From IMG/VR virus record IMGVR_UViG_3300013094_000003, positions 1-55,499 of that record: 55,499 nucleotides of DNA; one strand, 5' to 3'. Positions within the stretch are counted from its first letter, which is position 1. Each line of letters starts with the position of its first letter. This document shows, in pieces, positions 37,592-47,239 of this stretch. The notes under the pieces are model-generated. The model did no database searches, was not told the DNA's origin, and saw only the letters and a program-made list of their open reading frames with translations. Origin of the DNA: a virus (lineage: Duplodnaviria > Caudoviricetes). Position numbers and translations under genes: made by a program.

Positions 37592-37657
37592 GAATGCGGG
37601 GTCATTATGAATCATGTAGAAAACGATGAGGTTAAACTTGTTCTGCTTAAAAAAAAA

Positions 37658-38599
37658 TCAATAGTCTATATCACCACTTAAATTAATATCTTTAACTTCT
37701 TCATTACTACAAATAAATTCTATTTCTGTATTTTGACGTATATTTTTTCCCTCTTCAAATGCAAAATAAAAATCATAAAGCTCCTTATTTGTCATTGGGT
37801 GTTTTAAATTATATTTTAAAACAATATTTTCCAAATTTTTTCCGATAAAAAACTGTGCGCCTTCAATAGTTATTTCACTATCATATAAATATAATTTTTG
37901 TAAAGTTGGATGTACACTTAAAAATCCAGCTCCTACATTAGTGATTTTAGAGCTATCTATACTTAATTCTTTTAAACTAGTGTTTCTAGATATATATCCC
38001 GCTCCTTGATCTGTTATCTGATTCTCCGGTAAATACAAATTTTGTAATGTTGTATTATTTTCAATAAATTGTAGAGCTTCATCAGTTAAATATCTACTTA
38101 AGACTAATTTCTTTATTGTTGTATTATTCATAATCAATTGTGCAATCATCATATCAGGGCAGTAACAATCATTAAGATTAAGATCAATAATAGTTTTATT
38201 ACATATAAAAGCATTTATCATTTCTAAAAATTGTTCAAAGGTTTCTTCATCAAATTGTATGAGATTTGCTTCTAAAGATAATTTTTTTAAAGCACTTTCT
38301 GCTAACGCTTTTGCACCGATAGGTCCTATATTATTTTCATAAAGATTAAGCTCTTCTAAATTATTAATACTTGCTAAAGCAATTGCTCCATTATCTCCAA
38401 TACTATTACATGATAAATCCATTTCTGTTATACATGGATTGTTCTTAAGGGCATTTACAAGTAAGGTAACTTGTTCATCATTAAGCCCCTCTTCAATTCT
38501 TTCTCCATCAAAAGTTTCAGCAGATATTGCTAATTTTGTACCAATAAATGTTTTATTTTCAATAGCCTGTAGGAGTATATTAAGTTCTTGATCTTTCAT
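37658..38599 (-). CDS. Leucine-rich repeat protein (RI-like, eukaryote-like)
   Basis: L.L..N.I.D.GA..LA repeats. Confidence 0.9.
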   Translation of the reverse strand: MKDQELNILLQAIENKTFIGTKLAISAETFDGERIEEGLNDEQVTLLVNALKNNPCITEMDLSCNSIGDNGAIALASINNLEELNLYENNIGPIGAKALAESALKKLSLEANLIQFDEETFEQFLEMINAFICNKTIIDLNLNDCYCPDMMIAQLIMNNTTIKKLVLSRYLTDEALQFIENNTTLQNLYLPENQITDQGAGYISRNTSLKELSIDSSKITNVGAGFLSVHPTLQKLYLYDSEITIEGAQFFIGKNLENIVLKYNLKHPMTNKELYDFYFAFEEGKNIRQNTEIEFICSNEEVKDINLSGDIDY

Positions 38600-38677
38600 A
38601 AAAAAATACTTTTATTGTATTTAGGATAGAATAATTGTACCATTATATAATTATAAATCATAATACTTTTAAGTCAT

Positions 38678-39805
38678 ATGGCAAAAGAACGCGAGAATGA
38701 TGGAGAATTCAAACAATATAACCCTACTATTCCTGGAAAATGGAATAACCAGAATCTAAATAATATTGATTATAGACAATATGACCCTAGAGGCATTTTT
38801 ACCAATCAAAATCAAGGTCCAATGATTACTAACGATAATGCCTTAGCAACTGCTTTTTTTAATGCAAGATATAACTATAATCCTGTTGATCGTTCAGCAA
38901 CTTTAAATAGAGATGATAATTGGGGAAGCAATGCAGGAGCTGTACAATTATTTAATGTTAATGCTCCTTTGACACGAGCATTTAGCAGTATGTCAACTCC
39001 CATAAAGAGCACTGCTTTTGGACATTCTGAAAAAATAGGTATGCGTGATGTACTGGATCAGTATATGCAACAGCCGCAAAATGTTAATAATGGAGGATTA
39101 GAACGCCCAAGTCATTATTTTCAATCAAATCACCCGCGAGAGCAACCTCAAGAAATACTTCAAAATTTAGTTCGTAATGCTAATCAATATCGTGATTACT
39201 TACAAAATCAAAACGCTGTTGTAAAAATGTGGTCTGAATACCCAGCTTGTCAAAGAGGTGATGAAAATTGTCAAGATTTTATAAAGAATATATTTCCTCC
39301 TGACAGTAGTTATGGATATACAGTAACTGGTTATAATAAAGAACATAATCCCAAAAAAATTGCTACTGATAGTTTGAAAGATGCATATCTAGCATATATG
39401 GCAAATCTACAGCCACAAAACCAGAATCAAGAAGAAAAAAACGGCGAACATCTACCAAGAGTTCAACAAATAAGGGTAAATCAAAATCTTCCAGGCCAGC
39501 CACAACAAAAACGTCTGAGAACACAAAAACCATTGTTAAGCCATATACTACCGCCATTCAAGTATAATCAATTATCAGCTGAGCAAAAAGCAAGCGGAAA
39601 GTATACTATACAAAATCAATTTAAGCCTCCACGACCAAATGCTCAAAATATTCTTGGTCAACAGCAATATCCACAACATGGAGAGGAAGAAAAAAATGAT
39701 GATTTCAGAAGCGGTGGCCATGTTATGAAATTCAAGCCTAGAAATGGCTTATCTCGTTATCCGAGAAAAAGTTTAGCGAATTTTATAAAAACGGGAAGAG
39801 TGTAA
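38678..39805 (+). CDS. Putative zinc-dependent nucleic-acid deaminase toxin/effector
   Basis: GHSE ... WSEYPAC-x5-C (HxE...PCxnC-like); Q/N-rich tail; C-terminal FRSGGHV. Confidence 0.65.
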   Translation: MAKERENDGEFKQYNPTIPGKWNNQNLNNIDYRQYDPRGIFTNQNQGPMITNDNALATAFFNARYNYNPVDRSATLNRDDNWGSNAGAVQLFNVNAPLTRAFSSMSTPIKSTAFGHSEKIGMRDVLDQYMQQPQNVNNGGLERPSHYFQSNHPREQPQEILQNLVRNANQYRDYLQNQNAVVKMWSEYPACQRGDENCQDFIKNIFPPDSSYGYTVTGYNKEHNPKKIATDSLKDAYLAYMANLQPQNQNQEEKNGEHLPRVQQIRVNQNLPGQPQQKRLRTQKPLLSHILPPFKYNQLSAEQKASGKYTIQNQFKPPRPNAQNILGQQQYPQHGEEEKNDDFRSGGHVMKFKPRNGLSRYPRKSLANFIKTGRV

Positions 39806-39895
39806 AAATAAAATCCGCTATCCCTTATTATGAAATAAATTCAAAAGCATCATGAGAATTGATACTCTATTAAATTTTTTCCTGTTAATCAAGAG

Positions 39896-40645
39896 TTAAA
39901 TCAATTCAAAATCAAAAAACTCATTTTTAGACTCTATATTATAATCACCCACTAAATTAGTTTCAGCAACTTGGCAAGTTGCTGTGTTAATATTGATAGT
40001 ATGCCAATCTACTTCAATAAGAGATATTTGAACTAATAACTCTTCTTTTTCTATTTCTTTTATTAAAAGCAACTCTTTTAACTTGTCTATTTTTTTATCC
40101 TTATCAATTAAAAGATTATCTTTATTATTTAACAACTGATCTTTTTGAGATAATAATTGTTCTTTTTCTAGGTTCTCTTCTTTTAACTTTTTAGCCTCTT
40201 CCAGCTTTTTAGCTTTAATCTTTTCTATTTCTTTTTTATAAATCTTGGTATTATATTCCATTACGTAAAAATTATTATTATCATAATGAACTTTCATTGG
40301 ATGAGCTTTTCCGTCTTTATTAAACCACTTGGTAGGATCAGTTGAATAGCTATCAGGATATAATTCATTTAAACTTTTAATAAATTCTTTCTTTATATTT
40401 TCTTGTTCTTTTTCAGCTAATTGTTTTTTATAAATAAATAAATTACTCTCAATAGTTTTAAATTCTTCCCTATCGACAACCCCTTTACCCCAACTATCAA
40501 CTGGCCAGTCTTTAAAATTTATAGGATACCAATTAGGGTATAATTTAGGTAAAATCTCAATAAATTCCTTAATGGTTTCTTGTTCTTTGCCTTCTTGAAG
40601 TTCAAGTTGATCTGCAACCTGCTCAATAAATTCTTGCTTATTCAT
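39896..40645 (-). CDS. Coiled-coil hypothetical protein, possible effector
   Basis: Duplicated IKEFI..L..LYP unit, KD repeats, C-terminal NLVGD. Confidence 0.65.
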   Translation of the reverse strand: MNKQEFIEQVADQLELQEGKEQETIKEFIEILPKLYPNWYPINFKDWPVDSWGKGVVDREEFKTIESNLFIYKKQLAEKEQENIKKEFIKSLNELYPDSYSTDPTKWFNKDGKAHPMKVHYDNNNFYVMEYNTKIYKKEIEKIKAKKLEEAKKLKEENLEKEQLLSQKDQLLNNKDNLLIDKDKKIDKLKELLLIKEIEKEELLVQISLIEVDWHTININTATCQVAETNLVGDYNIESKNEFFDFELI

Positions 40646-40654
40646 TTGTTTACC

Positions 40655-40831
40655 TCAATTATTTTTTTCCTCTCCTTTTAATTTCTCTTGCTTAGCAAAT
40701 CCACTTTCAAAAACAGCGAAAGCTCCAAATTTAATGTTTAAATCTGATGCAACAGGTAAAGCTTCACTTGCTAAGGCCGTACTGCAACTAAGGATAATTG
40801 TTGATATAAGTGGTATTTTTCTAATTTTCAT
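40655..40831 (-). pseudogene. 58-aa signal-peptide ORF resembling the N-terminus of a rickettsial porin
   Basis: MKIRKIPLISTIILSCSTALA-SEALPVASDLNIKFGAFAVFESGFAKQEKLKGEEKNN*. Confidence 0.55.
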
Positions 40832-40991
40832 AATTTAATTTCTGTAATTCTAATTTGTTTTGGATACTTTTAATAAACTATTATTACATAAAATAAACTA
40901 AAGACCAAATCCAAAAACGTACGAGAAAATCAAGATTAGAAAACAGTGTGTTATAATTATTTTAAGTAGAAAATATTTTTAATAAATTTTA

Positions 40992-42626
40992 ATGCATCAG
41001 AATTGTAATCCTATTCATGCCTTTAGTATCTCTGATTTAACAGGGATGTCTATTGCAGATATAAATAATTGGGATCAAAAACTCTCTGTTCTTGAAGAAA
41101 GATGCCTTGCTGAAGGTTCTTTATATGAGTTTTTTAAGGCGGCATGGCCTTATATTGAGGGTAATATGCCTTATGTTGATAGCTGGCATATAAGGGCAAT
41201 AGCTGAACATTTAGAGGCGGTTTACGCGCGGCAAATAAGGAAGCTGATCATAAATGTACCTCCTCGAACTGGTAAAACCAATTTAATATCAGTAGCCTTT
41301 CCGGCATGGGTTTGGATACATAATCCTTGTGAGCGATTTTTAACTGTATCCTGCGTTAATTCCTTAAGCCTTGAGCATGCGCAGAAAAACAGAGCTTTAC
41401 TCGAAAGCAACTGGTATCAGGATAATTGGGGACACAGATTCCCTCTTCTTAAAGACCAGAACGTTAAAAGCTTTTTCCAGAATACCAAAACAGGATACCG
41501 GCAATCAACAAGCGTAGTATCTAAAACTGTCGGTAAAGGCGGTTCAATTATTATTATTGATGACCCTAACGACCCAGGGGACTTATCCGAAATAAAACGT
41601 GAGAACGTAATTAACTGGTGGACGCAAAGAATGTCTACCCGTTCAAATAACCCTGCTAATGACTGCCGAATAGTTGTCCAGCAAAGGACGCACGAGAACG
41701 ATTTAACTGGTTATATCAGAAAGAATGACAGCGAGGATGACTGGGTAGAGTTGGTGCTACCACTGGAATTTGAGCCAAGTCGTAAGTGTATCACTGTTTC
41801 CCTTGGCATAGATCAGGTTACTTGGGAAGACCCAAGAAACAAAGAAGGAGAAGTGCTTAATGACTTACGCTTTGGCGAAAAGCAAGTAAATGAGTTAAAA
41901 AAGTTACTTGGCTCTTACGGATATGCAGGTCAGTGTCAGCAAAGACCTTCTCCGATTGGCGGTGGAATTCTCAAGAAAAAATGGTTTCAGCTATGGGGTA
42001 GCCCTATTAAGCCTAAATTTGATTACATTATCCAGAGCTGGGATACGGCAATTTCCGATGAACCAACAGCGGCATATTCTGCCTGTACTACATGGGGAGT
42101 ATGGGGTGAAAAATCCGAGGATGAGTTATTTAGAATAATGTTGCTCTCTAGTTGGCGTGATCGAGTAGGCTACCCAGAACTCCGTACTAGAGCACAGAGA
42201 CTTGCTAAAGATTATAAGGATACAGGCGAGCATAAGAACTTAACCCCTGCTCAAAGCACTATTGATATTTGTCTTATTGAGGCAAAGGCAACAGGTGATC
42301 CGTTAATTCGGGATTTAAGGCTCGCAGGTATTCCTGCTATTGGTTACACCCCAAAAGGCGATAAGAATGCAAGAGTACAGAGAGCAGCACCATTTATTGA
42401 GTGCGGGCTTATTTATCTGCCAACTGAGGAAAAAAACCATGAAAGGCTAACTCCATTTGCTGAGGAGTTTTTAGAAACAGTGATAACTTTTCCAAACGGG
42501 GAATCAAAAGATTTGGTTGACTCGATGACACAGACAATTTTGTACCTCCGAGACTTTGATACTTTAATTCATACAAGTGATGTTAAGGAAGATGACACCA
42601 TTACTAAAATCAGGAAGTTATACTAA
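40992..42626 (+). CDS. terL: Terminase large subunit
   Basis: INVPPRTGKT Walker A, IIIIDDP Walker B, VVQQRTHENDL, QSWDTA, IEAKATG, DLVDSMTQ. Confidence 0.96.
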   Translation: MHQNCNPIHAFSISDLTGMSIADINNWDQKLSVLEERCLAEGSLYEFFKAAWPYIEGNMPYVDSWHIRAIAEHLEAVYARQIRKLIINVPPRTGKTNLISVAFPAWVWIHNPCERFLTVSCVNSLSLEHAQKNRALLESNWYQDNWGHRFPLLKDQNVKSFFQNTKTGYRQSTSVVSKTVGKGGSIIIIDDPNDPGDLSEIKRENVINWWTQRMSTRSNNPANDCRIVVQQRTHENDLTGYIRKNDSEDDWVELVLPLEFEPSRKCITVSLGIDQVTWEDPRNKEGEVLNDLRFGEKQVNELKKLLGSYGYAGQCQQRPSPIGGGILKKKWFQLWGSPIKPKFDYIIQSWDTAISDEPTAAYSACTTWGVWGEKSEDELFRIMLLSSWRDRVGYPELRTRAQRLAKDYKDTGEHKNLTPAQSTIDICLIEAKATGDPLIRDLRLAGIPAIGYTPKGDKNARVQRAAPFIECGLIYLPTEEKNHERLTPFAEEFLETVITFPNGESKDLVDSMTQTILYLRDFDTLIHTSDVKEDDTITKIRKLY

Positions 42627-44977
42627 TGGCAGTAGGAAGTAGAGCCTTAAAAGAGGCAAAATTAAATAAAGCTGTAAAAAGGCAAACAAAGAAAGAAAAG
42701 GATATTGCGGATTTATCTATCCTTGAGAATCTTGAGCCTGAATTTCTAAATTTTGCTCAAGAAATGCCGATGGAAGAACAAATCCTGCCACAAGAAACAG
42801 GTAGTTTAGATGAACTGGTTTTACCGGAAGAAGAAGCACTTATTTCCCTAGAGGATCAAATCTTATCACGTATGGATAACGAAGAAAAAGAGTTACCCCC
42901 TGATTCTATTCCGTTTAACAGTAATTTTGCCGATGATATTCCAGAAGCAATAAGAGATAAAATAGCTGCTTACTTAGAAGAAGTAACAGCAAAAGATAAG
43001 AAAAACCGCCAACCATGGCTTGATATAATCGAAAAGGCTAAAACCTTACTTGGCTTTAAAATTGAGGAAATACAAGACCCAAACGACGCAAATACTCGCA
43101 AATCTAATTCTTCTATCGGAAATAGTGCGCAAGTTAAGACTTATGATACTACTTTCTCTAGCAGCGTGCTCCGGCTCTGGGCAACGCTTCGTTCCGAGTT
43201 GCTTCCCTCAACTGGTCCTGTAGGATTTAAAACTGATGTTAGTGTGAGCGAAGATTACGAATTAAAAGGCGAGATGGTTAGGGATGCATTAAATGAGTAT
43301 CTTACTGTTGAAGATAAGGGATTTTATCCTGATTACGATCGGTTCTTATTGTACTTAATTTTATACGGGTGTGTATTTCGTAAAATCTACTACGACCCTA
43401 TTACGGGTAAGCCCTTGAGCCGTTTTATCATGCCTGAGGACTTTTTATTTGATAATAATTGCTCAAGTATTACCGAATCAAATCGTCTGACCCATATTAG
43501 GTATCTCTCTAAAAGAGAAATCCTTTTTAACATACAGAGTGGGATATTTTCAAAAGTTGACCTTGATTACCTAGATAGCTTAGGTAGTAGCGATACGGAA
43601 GAAGCAACAGATGAACCTAAACAAAAACAGGTTGATCCAACCGGTTCCCGTTTTCCTTTTTATGAGACACACGAATATCTCGTTTTAAATGATTTTTTTG
43701 ATGAAACTAGCACGTCAGAAGATTATAGCATACCACTACCATATGTTATTACCAGATGCGGTATTACTAATCAGATCGTTTCAGTAGCACCAAACTGGAA
43801 TGAAAACGATCCAACTAGAACAAGAATCAACTGCTTTATTCATTATAATTTATTTCCCGGATTTGATGTTTTTGGACTCGGCCTTGCTCAAATACTCGGC
43901 TCTAATTCAAAGAGCTTAACCTCCATGCAGCAAATGGCCATTGATGCAGCTATTTTCCAGAATTTTCCCGGAGGGATGAAATCCAAGGGAATAAAGACTA
44001 CCAATAATGATTTAACAATATTACCTGGACAATTTGTCACTGTTGAAACCGGTAATTTGTCCTTGCGGGATTCAATTATGCCGCTTCCTTATAATGGTCC
44101 TTCTCCCGCTTTACTTGAATATATTAATCGGATAACCGCTCAGACACAGGAGTTAGCGTCTGCAACAGAGATGGGGCTTACTGAAAATAATCAAAATACG
44201 CCTGTTGGTACTACTATTGCTTTGCTTGAAGTATCAAATCGGATGCAATCGGCAATAATGAGAACAGTTCATAGTAGTTTTAGTGAGGAGTTACAACTCT
44301 TTTATAAAATGTTCAACTTGCCGTCGCTACCTCTGGATAAAGAAAGTTTAAAGGTCATACCTGTATCTGATCCGTCTGTTGAATCTTCTACGCAGAGAAT
44401 CATTAAGGCAGAAAGTATTTTAAAGTTAGCTAGCAGCAATCCTGAGCTACATAACATGAGAGAGGTATATTTAAAAGTATATCAGGCACTTGGTATTAAC
44501 GATATTGATAAAATACTTCTTCCCGAAGCAGCACCGCAAGAACAACAGCAAGAGCAACCTATAGACCCAGCTCTACAGGTACAGATTGCCGATATTGAGC
44601 AGCGGAAACTCGAAGTAGAATCAAAGGAACGTCTAGCTCACTTAAATATTGAAGCTGACGGATATAAAACACAAATGAATATTGAACTTGATAAAGCAAA
44701 GCTAGAACAAGAGAAGTATTTAGCCGAGTTAAAGGCTTCAGAACAACAACAGCTTGCGGAGCAGAAATATCAAATTGAACTTTTAAAACTCGAGCTAAAT
44801 GAGAAAGAAAAAGTAATAGATACGTTAACTAAGGAGCAGGAAATTAACAGTAAGAACGAGCTTGAATTGTTAAAGCTGGAATATAAAGCAAGGGAAGCTG
44901 AGCTTAAAAACCAGATTGAGGGTTTAAGGTCGCAAATTTCATCCATACCAGAAAAAGAGGAGGTTATTTATGGATAA
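42626..44977 (+). CDS. Portal protein
   Basis: Follows TerL; ELLP.TGPV, FRKIYYDP, GLGLAQ.LG, PVGTTIALLE; coiled-coil barrel C-terminus. Confidence 0.9.
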   Translation: MAVGSRALKEAKLNKAVKRQTKKEKDIADLSILENLEPEFLNFAQEMPMEEQILPQETGSLDELVLPEEEALISLEDQILSRMDNEEKELPPDSIPFNSNFADDIPEAIRDKIAAYLEEVTAKDKKNRQPWLDIIEKAKTLLGFKIEEIQDPNDANTRKSNSSIGNSAQVKTYDTTFSSSVLRLWATLRSELLPSTGPVGFKTDVSVSEDYELKGEMVRDALNEYLTVEDKGFYPDYDRFLLYLILYGCVFRKIYYDPITGKPLSRFIMPEDFLFDNNCSSITESNRLTHIRYLSKREILFNIQSGIFSKVDLDYLDSLGSSDTEEATDEPKQKQVDPTGSRFPFYETHEYLVLNDFFDETSTSEDYSIPLPYVITRCGITNQIVSVAPNWNENDPTRTRINCFIHYNLFPGFDVFGLGLAQILGSNSKSLTSMQQMAIDAAIFQNFPGGMKSKGIKTTNNDLTILPGQFVTVETGNLSLRDSIMPLPYNGPSPALLEYINRITAQTQELASATEMGLTENNQNTPVGTTIALLEVSNRMQSAIMRTVHSSFSEELQLFYKMFNLPSLPLDKESLKVIPVSDPSVESSTQRIIKAESILKLASSNPELHNMREVYLKVYQALGINDIDKILLPEAAPQEQQQEQPIDPALQVQIADIEQRKLEVESKERLAHLNIEADGYKTQMNIELDKAKLEQEKYLAELKASEQQQLAEQKYQIELLKLELNEKEKVIDTLTKEQEINSKNELELLKLEYKAREAELKNQIEGLRSQISSIPEKEEVIYG

Positions 44978-45146
44978 GCAAACAAGAGAATTAGCACTAC
45001 GCAAAATGCAGGAAAGAGCTAAAGAACAAGAAACAAGTTGTAATAAATATGCTGCAGGGGGAGCTGCAAAAGTTAGAAAAGGCGTAGCTACTAAAAGCGG
45101 CATGGCAATAAAATCTGATAGAAATAGTGGAAGAAGCGGCAAATGA
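44970..45146 (+). CDS. 58-aa basic peptide with YAAGG motif (not in ORF track)
   Basis: ggagg RBS; overlaps the portal stop and the next ATG. Confidence 0.7.
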   Translation: MDKQTRELALRKMQERAKEQETSCNKYAAGGAAKVRKGVATKSGMAIKSDRNSGRSGK

Positions 45147-45367
45147 TAGGAATTAATAGAAATAATATTTATAGCCGAGGTTCTTTTATGTCCAGCGTTA
45201 TAGGAAACATCAGCGCCGAGATTGATAGATACAAGAACATTTTAAGTAATCCGGCATCAATTTCTACGCTAGAGGATTACAAGTATCATGTTGGAGTAAT
45301 TGCCGGTCTTGATATAGCACTTGAACTATTTAACAGACACATAATAGAGGTAAATAACAATGATTAA
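45143..45367 (+). CDS. Conserved small head-module protein
   Basis: EDYKYHVGVIAGL motif between portal and GroES. Confidence 0.7.
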   Translation: MIGINRNNIYSRGSFMSSVIGNISAEIDRYKNILSNPASISTLEDYKYHVGVIAGLDIALELFNRHIIEVNNND

Positions 45368-45788
45368 CCATGAAATAGCCAATTTCAAACCGGAAGATTT
45401 TAAAACCAAAGGAATTGATCTGGAATCTTTTAATAAGGAAGCAATGCTAGAGAGATTTAAAGAGGTGTCAGTTACCGGAATCAATGTCTTAATTCTTATT
45501 TATAAACCTCCGCTAGAAGAGGTTACAAGAGGAGGAGTTATCATTCCGCAAACGGCGGTAAAAGACGACCTAGAATATAACTCAATGGTTGGCATGGTAT
45601 TAAAGCTTGGTCCTGATAGTTATAAGGGCGATCAGTTTCCAAGCGGTCCTTATGTAAAAGTAGGGGACTGGGTCATATTCCCCCGTGGTTCATCATTGCA
45701 ATCAAAATATGAGGGTGAACCAATAATTATGGTAGAAGATTTTAAGATCAAGCTACTTGTCGATAATCCGTCAAAAGTATCAAGGTAA
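45360..45788 (+). CDS. groES: GroES-like co-chaperonin
   Basis: TRGGVIIP mobile loop, G.VLKLGP, VKVGDWVIF. Confidence 0.8.
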   Translation: MINHEIANFKPEDFKTKGIDLESFNKEAMLERFKEVSVTGINVLILIYKPPLEEVTRGGVIIPQTAVKDDLEYNSMVGMVLKLGPDSYKGDQFPSGPYVKVGDWVIFPRGSSLQSKYEGEPIIMVEDFKIKLLVDNPSKVSR

Positions 45789-45792
45789 AAAT

Positions 45793-46767
45793 ATGTTTAA
45801 AATAGATATTGAAGGCAGCTCTGATGCAAGTACCAATCCACCTTTAAAAGAAGTAACTGAAAATAAGGAGTCAAATGGCGAAGTTAAAGATAATGAGGTG
45901 ATAAGTAAAGAACCAGAGCAAGATACGGAAGACTCAGATAGTGGCGATGATAAAAGAGATATTTCGGAGGATACCACCAGTAAAGACGAAAAACCTGCTA
46001 AAACATCCACGCCAGAAAAAGATAAATACTGGTCTAAATTAAAAAAAGAACGTGAAGAAAAGGCCGCAATGGCCGAACAGCTAGAGCAGTTACATCAAGA
46101 AAAACTGCAAATGGAGCAGATGCTTGCCCAGGCTATAAATGCCGGTTCTACTCAATATAAGAATAATGTTAGTAGCGCACTTGAAATGGCTCAGGCAAGA
46201 TTACAATTGGCACTTGAAAATGGGGATGCTGCCTCTGTTGCTCGTGCTACGGCTGACATTTCAAAGGTAACTCATGCTTTAAATGAAGCATCTAAAATAG
46301 CTAATTTTCCAGAGCCACAATATTCCGATGATTATGCCAACCAGATTCGAGCCAAGGAATATGAGGATAGATTATATACGTGGCTTGACAATAACCCCGA
46401 AGTAGACAGGGACGCTCCCGAGTATGATGAGAAGCTGGCAGGTCAGGTATTATCATTCATCAAGAAACTCGATCGTAAATATGAAACAACAAACAAGGGG
46501 CATTTAATAGGCTCAGGTAATTATTACAGCATGATTGATGATTATATCGATAATTTAAAGGGGCAGCATACTTCTCTTACATCATCTGCCAAGCATTTTG
46601 GAGCAGTTCGCAGCCGTGCTCCCATGGAGTCAGTTCCTGATTCAAAAACAAGGGAATTAAGCGATAGAGAGAAAAAAGCAGCTCTTGCTTTTGGTATGTC
46701 TTACGAGAGATATCGAGAGCTTCTAGATCAACGTAACAAAGAAATGAGGTCAAAAAATGGCAATTAA
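45793..46767 (+). CDS. Scaffolding protein (start likely 45793)
   Basis: Acidic N-terminus, coiled coil, LSDREK.AA.AFGMSYERY C-terminus. Confidence 0.7.
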   Translation: MFKIDIEGSSDASTNPPLKEVTENKESNGEVKDNEVISKEPEQDTEDSDSGDDKRDISEDTTSKDEKPAKTSTPEKDKYWSKLKKEREEKAAMAEQLEQLHQEKLQMEQMLAQAINAGSTQYKNNVSSALEMAQARLQLALENGDAASVARATADISKVTHALNEASKIANFPEPQYSDDYANQIRAKEYEDRLYTWLDNNPEVDRDAPEYDEKLAGQVLSFIKKLDRKYETTNKGHLIGSGNYYSMIDDYIDNLKGQHTSLTSSAKHFGAVRSRAPMESVPDSKTRELSDREKKAALAFGMSYERYRELLDQRNKEMRSKNGN

Positions 46768-47221
46768 ATATAAACAAGACAAAAATAACGAATTTAAATC
46801 CATAGATAGAGATATCAGGGAACATGAACTTGAAAACAATGATTTTGATTTGAATTTTACCGATTCAAGCTGTCCTTTTCAGGCGATAATTGACGAGATA
46901 AAACAACCAGGTGAAGAATATTACTTTGCCCTTAACGCTCCTGAGCGTATTAACAGGTTACTAGCAAAGAAGTGGTATGTCGTATCTCCTGAGAGACTAA
47001 AAAATAAAAGAACTTATAGGAAAGACCTGCGGGAGGAATCAGACTCTATTACTACTGGTGATACTATTGTTCTTGCAAGAGATGAACGCTATGGAATCAA
47101 AGAGAAACAATACTATGAGAAAAAGGCAGAAAAAGTAATGATTGATACTTTGCAGAAAGTACAGACAGACATCTACAACCCAGTGATGCCATTTTCAGAA
47201 AAAGGATATTCCGGAAGGTAA
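46757..47221 (+). CDS. Conserved head-module protein
   Basis: Position after the scaffold. Confidence 0.6.
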   Translation: MAIKYKQDKNNEFKSIDRDIREHELENNDFDLNFTDSSCPFQAIIDEIKQPGEEYYFALNAPERINRLLAKKWYVVSPERLKNKRTYRKDLREESDSITTGDTIVLARDERYGIKEKQYYEKKAEKVMIDTLQKVQTDIYNPVMPFSEKGYSGR

Positions 47222-47239
47222 ACATAAAAATTTAAAATC

